A stretch of 64,000 bases of DNA from Cyanophora paradoxa CCMP329 (lineage: Eukaryota; Plantae; Glaucophyta). The stretch is taken from the NCBI GenBank assembly GCA_004431415.1, contig QPMI01000184.1:62001-126000 (forward strand), written 5' to 3'. Shown piece after piece: positions 28,193 to 41,200 of the stretch (its first letter is position 1; each line of letters begins with the position of its first letter). The notes under the pieces are model-generated. The model made no database searches. It saw only the letters and a program-made list of their open reading frames with translations, and was not told where the DNA came from. A program made the position numbers and the translations under genes.

Positions 28193-29896
28193 ATGCGCTT
28201 GCGCGGTGACATGGAACGTGCGGAGGGCGAAACAGCGGCTGCCATCGATATCGGGATGCGGGCGGAGCCGTGCAGCAGCGGCGTGAGCCTGGAGCAACCC
28301 GGCCCAGAGCTCGACGACGCATGGTCCCTCGACTGGTCCCTTGACGACGGAAGGCCGCTCACACATTCGTCTTCAGCCCGCGAGAGGCCGCGACCCTGCA
28401 GACTACGGCCGCGCGCCGCGTGGGCTCTGGAGCGCCTGCGCCGGCTCGCGGCCGTCCTCGCGGAGTTCGCCAGTGCGCTGCGCCGCCGGGAGCGGGAGCG
28501 CAACGAGGCGGCCTCCTCGCCGCTGCAGAAGCGCTGGATGGGAGGTGCGCCGCGTTTTCTCATCTTCCCAAGTTCGCCGCCCCCGTTCTGCTACTGACGC
28601 CGCCCCGCCCGGCAGCCACGCCCCTCGGCTGGGCGCTCCGGCTCCTCGTCGTGGCCGCTGCGGCCGCTCTCGTTGGACTTTACTGCGTCTATCGGCCGGA
28701 AAGGTCCTTGCTTCCCCTTTCCCCTTTCCTGCGGGGGCAGCACCAGATCTAGACCGCCCCGCGGCAGGCTGGTGCCAGAGGTGCTGGTGTGGGCGCGGGC
28801 GCGGGGCGCCGCCGGCCCCGCCCTCCTCGCCGGCTTCCACGCCCTCTGCACCGTCCTCCTCGTCCCCGGCTCCCTCCTCTGCTTCGGGCGCGTACCCTCC
28901 CGGCCCCCTGAATTCCCGCCCCCCACGCTCAGGCGAGCGCGCGGGCAGGGCGGGGTTCGTGTTCGGGGCGGGCTGGGGCCTGGCGGCGGTGCTGGTGGGC
29001 GAGGTGGCCGGGGCGGTCCTCGCCTTCCTCATAGGGCGGCACTTCCTCGCCGCCCGCGTGGACAAACTCGCGGGGGCGATGCCGAAGCTCGCCGCCGTGC
29101 AGCGCGCCATCGCCCGCCGCGGCCGCCGCCTCGTCCTCCTCCTCCGCCTCTCCCCCCTCCTCCCCTTCGGCATCATCAACTACGTTCGCGACGAGTGCTT
29201 TCCCCATCATGCACCCCGCTTCTGAATCGCGTACCCAGGTCCTCTCCGCGACGCCCGTCCGCCTGTTCGACTACGCGTGGGCCACAGCCGCGGGCGCCCT
29301 CCCCTCCACCTTCCTCTTTGTATACGCCGGTGCGCCGTACCCCTCCCTGCCTCCTCCCCCCAGCTGAAGAGCGGGCTACAGGGTCACTGGCAGACGGCTT
29401 AGACGATGCAATGGGGGGCCTCTTCTCCGGGCCGCCCGAAAAGGCGCGCGCGCACCTGTACCCCGGCCATCCTCGCCCCCGCACCTGCCTGAACGAGGCG
29501 CATGCGAAGGTGGCGCTCGCGGCGGTCGGCTGCGCGGCGACGCTCGCCTCCAGCGCGGCCGTCTCAGTGTACTCCACCCGCGCCGTCCGCGACGCCCTGC
29601 GCGAGGCCGCCCCGTGCCCTCCGAAGGACCCCTGCGCCCGGCCCCTAGGGCCCCTCCCGTCCGCCGCCCAGGGCTTTGGCCCCCGCCTTAGCCGCTCCAG
29701 GAGCCTTCCCTGCTGGCCCGCGGCCGGATTCCCCGCGCCCCTCCCCCAACTTCCCCGGGCCCGCTCCGCAGGGCCCCGCCCCGCGTCCGCCATCGTCGAC
29801 CCCCACCTTCGGGACCCATTCGCGTCTCCACCCCGCCTTGCGCCGACCCCCGCTCTGCTCCCACTCAAACCGCCGCGTTGGCCGGCTGAACTATAG
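28193..29896 (+). CDS. TVP38/TMEM64 (VTT/DedA, SNARE-associated Golgi) membrane protein, multi-exon
   Basis: TVLLVPGSLLCFG-AGFVFGAGWGLAAVLVGEVAGAVLAFLIGRHFL...LVLLLRLSPLLPFGIINY...FDYAWATAAGALPSTFLFVYAG. Confidence 0.82.
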
Positions 29897-30051
29897 TTGT
29901 GTATTCAAATTCAACACAATTACATTATTAGTAAATGAACACGGCAACGTGTATGCAAGGAAAGTATAAGGCAAAACCGCCGCTCCGCCGTGTTAAACGT
30001 TGGAACTTGGAAGGCGCGCAGAGTCTGCAGGGAGGAAAACGTTAACTGGGT

Positions 30052-30292
30052 CCGGGAGGAAATTGGCTGCGGGAACGGTTAGTCAGGTCGGGCGATTCGG
30101 GGCTGGCACGACAGCTCTTGCTGCTCCCCCAACGGTTCTTAGTGGGTGCTGAGCGCTGGATCGGCCGGCGCCCCGCAGCTGCAGATGTTTGAGAAGGTAG
30201 TCGTCGTCGACTGCCGCGGGCACCTCCTGGGCCGGCTGGCAGCCACCCACGCGCGCGAAGGAGCTTCTGAACGGCCAGCGCGTCGTGCGCCC
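30052..30292 (+). pseudogene. Decayed tandem partial duplicate of the RPL13A 5' region (promoter, intron 1, first coding exon)
   Basis: Aligns to ~30713-30975 (e.g. gatgtttgagaaggtagtcgtcgtcgactgccgcgggcacc) with a deletion and frameshifting small insertions; downstream exons absent. Confidence 0.85.
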
Positions 30293-30871
30293 TTAATGCC
30301 GACCTGCTCCGCAGCTTAATTCTCGGAATCGACAGCGCGCAGTTTGCTGCGCCATCGGCGTATATGTGGCGACCATTGACGTCGAGCAAGAACATAAACC
30401 GAAACGCACGCCTTTCACGGGCTGGGTTGACCACCGCGCCCCTGGAACGCTGAAACGTTAACATGTACATGTGCAGATCGACGTCCCCGGGGCCCGTGCA
30501 GACATTCTGTGCGCGGCTGAAAGGCATCAACCGAAAAGTCACTATTTGAAGCCGTGCCGAGGTGCTTTCTAGGGAATCGAAAGACTGCGATGCTCAGGCC
30601 TAGGGTTGGCGCGCAAGCGCTCGGCCTTACCTGGGACAGCGAGCTGGTGCCGCCGCTTAGCGAGTGGGACTCGAAATGCCTCCGGTTTGGAAGGAGCGCC
30701 GAGTCAGCAGAACCGGGGGGATGGAAGTGGCTGCGGGTACGGGTTAGTCGGGTCGGGCAGTAACACAAGGTGTGTTTCGATCCTGCCCGCGCGATTCGGG
30801 GCTGGCACGACAGCTCTTGCTGCTCCCCGAACGGTTCTTAGTGGGTGCTGAGCGCTGGATCGACCCCGCAG

Positions 30872-31740
30872 ATGTTTGAGAAGGTAGTCGTCGTCGACTG
30901 CCGCGGGCACCTCCTGGGCCGGCTGGCAGCCACCCTCGCGAAGGAGCTTCTGAACGGCCAGCGCGTCGTGCGCCTCCCGCTCGAGGGACAGCCCGCGCCG
31001 CTGCGCTGAAGTGCTATCGCCGCACAGGTCGCTGTCCGGACGGAGGAGATCAACATCTCCGGCTCCCTCTTCCGCAACAAGCGTGCGCACAATTGGTCGC
31101 TCGCAGCCAGACGCGGGGGCAGCCATCAGAGCAGCTCGATCTAGCCATCAGTCGCGAGGAGCCCTCGGCGCTCAGCACCAGCCGCCCACGTAGCTCTGGA
31201 TCTGGATTAGCATAGAGGGGCGCTTCGTTAGACCTTCCACGTCTCGCGATCCGTGCGGCTGACATGCCGCTGCCGTCCCGCCCCGCAGTGAAGTTCCATG
31301 CCTTCCTCAAGAAGCGCATGAACACCAACCCGCGCCGCGGCCCGTTCCACTTCCGGTCGCCCGCCCGCATCCTGTGGCGCACCATCCGCGGCATGATCCC
31401 GCACAAGACCAAGCGCGGTGCTGCGGCTCTGGAGCGGCTGAAGGCCTTCGAGGGCGTCCCGCCCCCGTACGACAAGATGAAGCGCATGGTCATCCCGGCG
31501 GCGCTCCGCGTGCTCCGCCTTAAGCCCGGCCGCAAGTTCTGCGTGCTCGGCCGCCTGGCCACCGAGGTCGGCTGGCGCCACTCCGACCTGGTCACCCGCC
31601 TCGAGGAGAAGCGGAAGACCAAGAGCGCCGCGTTCTACGCGCGCAAGAAGACCCTCGTCAACCTGCGCGCCAAGGCCGCGACCGCCGTCGCGTCGAAGAC
31701 CGCCAACATCCAGAAGGAGCTCGACCACTACGGCTTCTAA
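30872..31740 (+). CDS. RPL13A: 60S ribosomal protein L13a (uL13), 3 coding exons plus a 5'-UTR intron
   Basis: [90 protein letters not shown]. Confidence 0.97.
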
Positions 31741-32205
31741 GCGTCGACCCCGACCGCCGCGCCCGAGGCTGCACCCTGCTGCAGTTACAATTCTATGTTC
31801 TGAGCCCTCAAACATCACGAGCCCGCTGTTTTCTCACACCCCGTCGCATTTGCTTCCGGAGTGCAGGGTCGGGGCGGGATGGCAGCGAGGCAGCGGAGCG
31901 GGATGGCATCCGGGCATCGGGGCGAGATGGAATGCGATCTTTAATTTCTCGGAAGCGGGGGCGCCGGCGCCTGGGCAGTGGGCGCGGAGGAGCGCAGGGC
32001 CTCCACGTGTGACAGCGCTCGGCATGCCATGCATGATGGATAACGCATGGTTCAATAGTAGAAATACAACAGCACACATGTGCTCTCCTGCTTACATCTA
32101 ATCGCCCCTAAGGTCCCGGACTACCGAGAGACACTGTACACCTGACGGAGAGGAGGGCAAAGGGGGGGGGGGGGGGGCCGGAAAGAAGAGGGGCCCGCGG
32201 CAAGG

Positions 32206-33408
32206 CTAAGCGAAATCATACGCGGGGAAGCTAAACCCGGATGCGGAGTGCACTTTCAGCTCCACCTTTTGGTAGGGTGTGCTGGAGGGGTCGAAGTAAT
32301 ACCCCTGCGCCGGCTCGCAAGAGGGCGGAGGGCAGGTGGCTTGGGGCCGCACCTCGACCTCGCCGGTCCTCCTGTCTAGGACGAGAAAGTAGAAGCCGCC
32401 AATCGTCAGGCCGCAGCTTTCTGCATCCCGCTCGATGAAGAACCTGAGGGCGGGTCACCAGGCGCGGAGGGTCGAGGCGGCGCCGGAGCGCACTTCTCCT
32501 TCCTGTAAACGAAGCAATGAGTGGGTAAGAAAAAACTAAGCTGGACGGCGACGTTGGGAGGCGCACCAGCGCATGAAGACGAACGGGTGCGACTCCAAAT
32601 CCACCTGCCTGCCGTCGTTCACAGCCTCCGCGATGCTGCCAAAAGCTTTCTCAAATTTGCTCCTGTGAGGAGGTTTGCAGCGAGTAAGGCGGCGAAGTTG
32701 GCACGCCTTGAAACCGGACGCGAGGCAGGCACGGACCAGTGTAGCAAGTCGTTCTCACGGCTCGAAGGCCCCGGAGCCATTCCAGAAGGAAGGAAATCCT
32801 GTAAACGAAGCTCAGCGCGCACTCCGAGTTTGGGAGGGGGCAGCGGCACGCACTGGCCGCGTGAAGAAGTCGCCGATCGCAGCTATCCGCTCGCCCTCGA
32901 AGAAGGTCTTTACGCAAAACGAACTTGAGCTTGGAATGTTCAACGCCGTCATCTGCAGTCGCGCTTCGGAGTCAACCCGCGGAGCAGAAAGAAGTTTGGT
33001 GGAAGCAGATACACTGTTAGCTAAGCGGAACCAGCAAAACTGGGGCGCTAACGCAGTGCAGACCGCCCCTTCGTGTCATTGCCGCAGAAAGGCGCCCCGG
33101 AGAAACTTAGGCGGGGTCTAGAAGGCCGCGACCCGAGGCCTCAGTGTCCCGGGCGCCTAGGAAGCGGCAAGCTCGACGGCTCCATGCGCACCTCTCCTGC
33201 GATGTAGCCATTGTCATCGCACACATCTATGCGCACTTTCACGCTCCAGGCTTCCACCTTTGGACCTGCATGCACAGTTTGCTTGCCCTCGAGCTGGACG
33301 CCGCTGCCCGAAGCCCGAAATCAGGCACGCGGCTCGGGATTGCGTGCGGAGGGGTGCGTACGACTGTAGATAGCTACAACTGGGAGCGCGAAGCGCTCGG
33401 CCAGGCAT
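32206..33408 (-). CDS. GID4: GID4/Vid24 substrate receptor of the GID/CTLH E3 ligase, multi-exon (not evident in the ORF track)
   Basis: Spliced: MPGRALRAPSCSYLQ...EAWSVKVRID...MTALNIP...KTFFEGE...PFVFMRWKEK.FFIERDAESCGLTIGGFYFLVLDRRTGEVE-GYYFDPSSTPYQKVELK...GFSFPAYDFA*. Confidence 0.85.
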
Positions 33409-33457
33409 GACAAAACGAGCTGCTGGTTCCGAAGGCAAAGCTCGAGCTACCACTGAG

Positions 33458-35681
33458 ATGAATGAGCGCCAAGAAGGCTTGAAGCAGCGAGGGTCCACAA
33501 AGTACCAGGTCGAGCGTGTACCCAGTTCGGCCTAGCTGAAAAAAAGGTTTGTCACCTCGAGCAATGCTTCGCTACCGAAGGGGAGGGTTTCAACGGTTTC
33601 TTCGCGTACGCTGGTACTCGGACCTACTGAAGAAAGGCGCGCAACTTTGGCGGGCTCTTCCCGCGCCTCGAACTAACCTGACTGCCAGGCGCGAGGCTTC
33701 TCTTGAATGAGAACGGCCAATTGCAGCTGCGGTTCTTCTGCCTGGACCCCACCTGCACGTTCCTCTCTTGGGTGTGCTCTGCCCCGCGTACGCACCGCAG
33801 CGATGCCCACTTGGCGTCCCCGCAGGTTGATCCCCGCCGCCGCAGTCTACTTGGCGGACGTGGTGGACATAATCGTCCGCTCTGGCGAATCGTCGTCGCT
33901 GGAGGGGAGCCTGAACGATGCGAGCGAAGCGGGGTGGGAGACGCGCACGATGACTGTCGTCACGGCGGACCAGCGGGACACCACCATCGTGGCGCCCACG
34001 TGGCGCGACTTCGAGATCTGGTACCAGGGCCTCATGTTCCTCACCACCGTCGGCATGGCGAGCCGCCGCGCCCGCCCCGCGCCGCCGCCGCGCGGCTGAC
34101 GCCGGCCGGCCGGCAGCGCGCCTCGTCTGACGACGGCATCTCGGAGCGGGCGTCGCCCGTGAACGGGGAGGACACGCTCATCGAGGGGGCCGACCCGCAC
34201 GTCATCGCCCCGATGGACCCCGCGCTCCGGGGCGCCCCCACGTGGCCCCCGCGCCTCCCCTTCGAGGACTCCGCCGAGGGCCGGCCGGGCGCGCCCCGCC
34301 CCGCCCCCTGCGCCCCGGCGCTTAGCTGATGCCTGCCGCAGACTCGCGCGGGGGCCGGCCGATGACCGCGGGTGGGGGCGACGATTTCTACCGGGGGCAC
34401 GCATCGGCAGGGCGGTCGCGCGCCGCCGCGCCCCAGGTCCCGCCGCAGCGCGCGCAGCAGCAGCAGCAGCACGCAGCGGCGGCGCGGGCGCTGGCGCAGC
34501 AGCAGCAGCAGGCGGCGGCGGCGGAGGCGGCGCGGCAGCGGCGGCGCCGCCGCTCGCCCCTGCAGGAGCTCTACGAGGAGGAGGAGGAGGAGGAGGAGCA
34601 GTTCGAGCTCGAGGACGACCTCGGTACCCCCTTTCGGCTCCGTTGAGCGCCCGGGGCCGCCCGCCGACCGCGCCGGCAGACGTGGAGGACCTGGTCGACG
34701 ACGGGTACGAGGACGAGGGCCCGGGGGGGCACGAGTGGCGGGCTGGCCCCACCCGGCGGCCCCAGGCGGCCCCGCCCGCCCGCGCCGGTGCGACCGCCCA
34801 CCCCGTCGGGCCCTCGAGGCGAGGCGATGCGGGTCCCGTGCAGGAGCCGCGCACGCCGCCGCCGGCTACCCCCGGCGCGCCCCCGGCGATCCCGCCACGG
34901 CCGGGCGGCCCCATTGGCAGGACGGCGCGCCCCGCGCCCCACTCTGTGCCCCCTCCGCCCCGCGAAAGAACCCGGCGGCGCAGCGTGGGACGACGAGGCG
35001 GCGGCGCTGGAGCGGGAGCTCGTCCACCAGCTCGAGGTCCAGGTGGTCAGCGCGGCGAAGCTTGCCCGAAATCCCCCGCCCCGCTCCTCCGGCCGATCGT
35101 CCTCCGCAGGTGCAGCAGCAGAAGCTCATCCGGCGGCTCGCCCAGGTAGCCCCTCCCCCCTACCGCTGCCGCTGCCGCGGCGCAGTGCCCCCGCTGGCCC
35201 CTCCGACCGCCCCGCCTGCGCCAGAAAATCGACTATCTCTCGGCGATGAAGGCGGGCCCCCTGCGCCCGCGCCGCCGCGGCCCTCGCCCTCACCTGGGGG
35301 GCGCCACAGGACCAGAAGGACCGGATCATCCGGCAGCTCCTCTCCGCCTCCTACGGCAAGGCGCGCCCCGGCCCCCGGCCCCGCGCCCGCGCCCGCGCCG
35401 CGCCGCCCCCCCCGGGCGCGATCTGGCGAGGCAGGGGGCGCCGCGGGCCTCGTGGACGGCGGGGAGCTCGCGCGAGTCGGACGCCAACTTCCAGCAGCGC
35501 CAGCTCCTCCGCGGCCGCGTGCCCGCCCCGCCCCCGGCGCCCAGGAGGAGGCAGCTCACGCGGGGCCGGGCGGGGCGCGGCGCAGGCGCACAACAAGGCG
35601 CTGCACAAGATCCTGGCGACGAAGGAGGAGACCATCGTGCAGCTCCTCTCCATCATCTCCCACTTCCTCACCGCCGGCTAG
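33458..35681 (+). CDS. PH-domain protein with a low-complexity/coiled-coil C-terminus, multi-exon
   Basis: GARLLL..QLRFFCLDPTCTFLSW...VYLADVVDII...RTMTVVTADQRDTTIVAPTWRDFEIWYQGLMFL matches a PLC/RCC1-type PH fold. Confidence 0.65.
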
Positions 35682-36280
35682 GCCCCGGCCGCCCCCGCCG
35701 CTCAGCCCCGCATCGGACCCGCTGCAAGGGCCTTCGACGCACTAGGGTGGGCGCGCGCGATCCCCCGGGCGCTGCCCCATGGCCACCCTTCCCGCATGTG
35801 CGCCTGCTAGCCCTGTTCTCTGTAGAGCCGCCTGTGATCCAAGCAGTCATGCAAGCCGACCCGGGGCTCATGTCAACAGATCTAGATCTAGATCTAGATG
35901 TAGAGCCCCCGCGCAGCGCCCCCTACGCAGGCCCACCGTGTACCCCCCCCCCACCCGCCGCCCCCTTCTGAAGCTTCAGCACCGTCCGGGCTGAGAGCGT
36001 AGACTTTAAACCTTTTCGGTGTACAGTGGTGGTGTACCCTGAATTGGAGCTGGCCCGCCATTCTGAAGCTTCAGCACCCCCGCGAGGCAGCCTGCACTTA
36101 GAGACGGCCTTATAGCTCGCGCTACAGCTGGGCTAAGTCGCCGAGTTGTCACTGATTGGATGCATATGCTCAAGCTCATGGTCAACAGAGCCCTCGGGCA
36201 TGCGCAGCGCTCATGCCAGAGCTCGAGTGTTGTCATCTGAACCCGCGACCACCGCTCACATACGTCCTGGGCGCCAAGCG

Positions 36281-37468
36281 ATGGCTTCTGAAGCAAGCAG
36301 CGCTTCAGCGAGCGTCGCACGGCTCGCCGAGCTCGAGCGACAATGGGCGGCAGAACAGGAAGCGCTCAGCAAGCAGGTGCGCATGCGCGGTGTACGCGGT
36401 GTCGCGTGCAAACTGCTTACGCCGGTAACTGCTTACTGGAGCCGGCTGCACAGGTCGTGGAAGAGGACACGATAGACCTGGCGCGGGTGCAGCGCGTCGC
36501 TGCCTTCGATATAAGCTTTCCGGAGCAAGAGGGGGACTCGTGCTGCGCGGGTGCGAACGTGCAGCCGCGCCGGGCAACGCTAGCGCTCGCGGGTCCAAGC
36601 GGGCGGCAGCGCTGGTGGTGTGCGAGGCGGCGGGCATGAACGTGCTCTACGAGGCGATGAAGAGCGTGGAGCTGGAGGTCCCCTACATCCCCTCCTTCCT
36701 CGGCTTCCGCGAGCTCCCCGCCTACCGCGCCCTCTGGGACGAGATGCTCGAGCAGCGGCCCGAGGCGCGCCCCAAGCCGACACCCGACCTCGACCCCCCT
36801 GAGGCGAGCTGAGGGGAGGCGGCAGGTGCGGCCCGACGTCGTCCTCATCGACGCCAATGGGCTGCTGCACCCCCGCCGCTGCGGCTCCGCCTGCCAAGTG
36901 ATTGCGTCCCCTCCCTCCCCCCCTCCCTTGGCCCGCGCCTTCCCGTACCCCAGGGACCTCTTGCAATCCCCCGCTCCTCAGGTCGGGCTGGCCCTCGGCA
37001 TACCCACCGTCGGCTGCGCGAAGACGTTCTTCCGTGCCCTTCACCCCCACCCCCCGACCCCTCCGTTCGTCCGCACCAATGCGATACCCCGGCGGCCAGA
37101 CGTGGACGGGGTTACGGCGGACCGCTTCAAGGGGGTGGCCCTGGAGCCTGGCGTACCCCTGCCCATTGTGGGGGACTCCGGTCGCACCTGGGGAGCGGTC
37201 TGGGAGCCCCGCCCTCCACCCCTGCCCTCCTCGCCTCCCGTACCCCCGACCTCGCCGGCGGCAGGCGCTGAGGACGACGGCGGGGAGCAAGAACCCGATC
37301 TTCGTTAGCGTCGGGCACGGGCTCTCCCTCGCCTCCGCCGTGGAGCTGGTGCGCCGCTGCTGCCGGCACCGCGTCCCGGAGCCCATCCGCCAGGCCGACC
37401 TCCGCTCCCGCGAGCTCCTCCGCCGCCGCCCCGCCCCCGCCCCCGCCCCCCCCGGCCCCTCCAACTAG
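36281..37468 (+). CDS. ENDOV: Endonuclease V
   Basis: VAAFDISF, PYIPSFLGFRELP, PDVVLIDANGLLHPRRCG.A, IPTVGCAKT, NPIFVSVGHGLSL...RVPEPIRQADLRSR. Confidence 0.93.
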
Positions 37469-38214
37469 TACGCCAGCACCGCTGGCGCCCCAGCTGCCGC
37501 AGTTCCCCCGCACTGCGGTAGCTCAGCGGCTGCACATGTCTAGCAGCGGCGGCTTCCTGGCTCATCATGGTCATGGCATGGCAATGCGGATGCTTGACCA
37601 AAACCCAGAACTGAGTATTGCCGACTCTGTACCAATCATGAATACTCGCACAGATACATAGCCTGGTAACTATAGCCTAACTAGAGACTCTTTAGCATAA
37701 CTAAATAATTGCAAGCACAACTGACTCAGTGAATACTAGATGATAACTGGATATTTCGGAGTCTGATCATGAAGGCTGCGGTCTCAAAGAAGAAAGCTTG
37801 CGGAAATGTTTGGAACTGAAAGAAATCATTGCAATCATTGCAAGAATGTGCAGATAACCAGAAAAGCAAATGAAGTCCTTTGCGCTGCGATCAGACCTAC
37901 CGAGCGCAACAGAAAAATCCCCTACAAAAGGAGAGTAATGATCGAACCTACTCTCTGCCCTGAGGACTGCTGCAGCTAGCTCTCTCTACAGAAAAACCCC
38001 CTGCAAAAAAAAGACCATGGGGCGCTGGCTAGACCCTGGGGACGCGGCCAGCGGCGCGATGCCGGCGCCGGCCTCGCCGGCCTCTGCATTGTGGACCTCT
38101 GCCTCTGCATGAACCGAACCTACGCTCTGCGCTGCGAACGGCTCTAGATAGCGCTACGGATATCGTATCTAGACCACCCGGGCGCGGCCGTGGAGAGGGC
38201 GACGAGGCGAGCAG

Positions 38215-41200
38215 CTAGATGCCGGCGCCGGCGGCGGCGGCCTGGTCGCCCGTGGCGGCCGCGGCGTGCTCCTCCTCGAGGCGCAGGCTCTCCCGGATCT
38301 TGCGCACCAGGTTCTCCAGCTTGACGGGCTGCGCGCCGCCCGCCCCCGTCAGCGCGCCCCGCCGGGAGGGGGCGGCGGCGGGTCGGTGGCCGGCACCTTC
38401 GAGCAGAAGTCCTGCATGCCGGCCGCCTTCGCCGCCGCCCGGTCCTCCTCCGTGCAGTTCGCCGAGACGGCCACGATCGGGATCGGCCCTGCCCCGGAGA
38501 GTGAGCAGAGATGTGCGACGATCAAGACGCAAATTTTCGCTGCGCGGCGTCCCAAGCCACCCCAGAGCCCCGCGCACCGGCGGCGAGGCCGCCGCTCGCC
38601 TCGAGGCGACGGATCTCGATGGTGGCGGCGAGGCTGCGGGGCGGTGAGGGGGCGTGGGCGTGGGCGGGGCGGGGCGGGGCGGGGCCGGACCCGTCCATGA
38701 CGGGCATCTGGACGTCCATGAGGACGAGGTGGAAGGGCTCGCGCGCCGCCCCGCCCTCCCCGGGGCCCGGGCCCTCCGCGAGGTCCGCCAGCTCGTCCCC
38801 GGCCGCCCCGGGCCCCCGCGGCGCCGCCGGCCCCGGCTGCGAGGCGAGGAGCGCGTCCACCGCCTGCCCCCCGTCCTCCACCATCGCGAAGCGGCACCCG
38901 AGCTTCGTCAGCAGCTTCCCCAGCACGAGCCGGTTCTGCAGCCGCCCCGCCACCGCCGTCAGCCCGGCCCGGGCGGGGCGCTGCGAGGGCGCGGGCGGGG
39001 TGCGCACGAAGCTGTTGTCCTCGGCGCAGAGGACGTTGGCCTCGTTGAGGGCGCGCGGCCGCGGGGCGGCGGCGAGGGCCGGGGGCGCCCGCGGCTCGGG
39101 GGAGGGCGCCAGCGGGAGGAGCACGGACGAGGCGACCCCGAGCGTGACCGCCGACGCCGAGACGGAGACGGTGACGGGGTACGCCGGCGCGGAGACGGCC
39201 AGGGCGGGGTGCGGGGGGTTCAGCGGGGCGAGGCGCGCCGCCGGGGAGAGGGGCCGGTCGTAGGCGAGGCGCGCCGACTCGCGCCCCGTGCTCGGCTCGC
39301 CCGACCGCTGGAGCGCCGCGACGGGGCTCGAGCCGAGGATGGCGGGGCTCGAGCCGAGGTGCGCGTGCCCGTGGGCGTGCCCGGGCCGGGGGCGGGGCCG
39401 AGGGCCGGGGCGGGGGCAGGGCCGGGGCCGGGGGCGGGGGCGTGCAGGGCGCGCTCGAGCATGGAGAAGATGGTCTCCTCGACCTCGGCGATGCGGAAGG
39501 GCTTGTGGAGGGCGACCGCCGGCCGCACGCTCGGCCCGCCCTCGCGCAGGAAGGCGGGGAACGCGGGGCGCCGCCGCATCGACGTCGAGCGCGAGCTCGG
39601 CTCGAGCGCCGGCGTCGAGGTGCCCGAGGCGGAGGCGACCGGGGGCCGCACGAGGCCGCGCTGCACGAGCACCGCGAGGGGCACGCGCCGCTCCCCGCCC
39701 CGCCGCGACGCCGTGTACAGCAGCGGCAGCTCCGCGCTCGCCATCAGCCCTGGCCCCGCCAGCCGGCTCGCTCGCGGCGGGGGTGGAGGGGGTGGCGGCG
39801 CACCGGAGTCCTCGGCGGCGCGGGCGTCGATGAAGGCGAGGGTCGTGCGGCGCGCGGCGGCGCCGGCGGCGGCCTCGCGCTCCACCTCCCGCGCGATCGC
39901 GTCCGCCGCCTGCGGGGGCGACCCCGAGCGGTGAGCCCCGGCCCGAGGGGAGAAGGGGGGCGGGGGTGCAGGCGCGCCTCGCCAACGCCCTGAAACGTGG
40001 AGACGCGGGGCCGGAGGCGCGGGTTGCGGATCGAGTAGATCACCTCGGAGAGCTGCGGGGCGGCTGGGGTTCGTACGAGGCGCGCTTGGAGCGGGGCGCG
40101 CGCGCACGGCGTCTGTCACGACGCGGCGGCCGACGAGGACGCAGTGGACCAGCGCCGGGAGCGAGTCGCCGGCCCCCGCCGGCCCCTCCTCCCTCGCGTT
40201 CAGCGGCGCCGCCGCCGCCTCCGCCGCCGCCTTCTGCGGCGCACCCCGCTCGCCGCTCGAGCGAGAAATGGAAGTGCAAAGAAGCGGAGGGTACCAGGGG
40301 GATGCAGAAGAAGAAGCGGGACTGCGAATGAGGTCGGGGGAGCGGTCAGGCGGGGCGAGCGCGGCATAGCGGGACTCCCGAGCGCGGCGCGCGGGCGCAC
40401 CCCCTGCCCCACGACGCTCTCAACCTGCCGCGGGCGCCGCGAGGTCAGACGGCGGGGCGGGGGCGGCGGGGCCGGCGGGAGGGCGGACGTTGATGCGGCC
40501 GCCCATCTCCTGGACGATGGTGCTGGAGAGGGCGAGGCCGAGGCCCGTGCCGCCGTACTTGCGCGTGATCGTCGCGTCCTGCGCGCGGCGCGGAGCGGGG
40601 AGGCTCGGGGCGGGGGCGGGGGCGGGGGCGGGGCTCGTGCGGGCGGGGGCGCACGGCCTGCACGAAGGGCTGGAAGATGCGGGCGATCTCCTGATCCGAG
40701 ATCCCGATCCCCTCGTCCGAGATGGAGAACTCCAGTCGGTAGGCCCCGTCCGGCGAGGGCGACCGTGGCCCCGCCGTCGCCGTCGGCACCCGCCCCTGCC
40801 CCGCCCGCCCTTCAGCGCGCCGCTGCAGGCCGGGCCGGCGGGGCGGGGCGGGGGTGGGGGCGGGGCGGACGGCGTCGCGGTCGAGCTCGGCGTCGTCGGC
40901 CATGAGGCTCGAGTTCGAGAGGCGGCCCGTCATTGGCGTCCGCGCCTGCACCCGCGGGCTCGAATCCCCCGACGCTGCCGCCCCGCACCCTCAGCGGCCC
41001 CGCCGGGGCGGGGGAGGGGGGGGGGGGGGGGCGGACAGAGGGCGCCGGAGAGGGGCTGGTGTCGGGCGGCGGCGAGGGCCCCGCTGGAGCCCGGCTTGGA
41101 AACCTTGAAGGTGAGCGAGTGGTGCCGCGCCCCGCTCGCCCCGCCCCCCGACCCCGCGCTCCCCATCGAGCCCGGCTGCACCGGCCGGAAGGCCCCCGGG

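Noticed and set aside
30830-30848. CGGTTCTTAGTGGGTG resembling a conserved 18S rRNA segment
   Set aside because: Only ~16 nt with mismatches and in sense orientation; neither an rRNA gene nor a guide; may be chance.
35960-36085. Two copies of TTCTGAAGCTTCAGCACC, considered as CRISPR-like or MITE ends
   Set aside because: Only two short direct copies in a eukaryotic intergenic region; no array, cas genes or TSD.
37560-38210. AT-richer intergenic block with short imperfect repeats, possible TE relic
   Set aside because: No terminal repeats, TSD or coding remnant could be defined.
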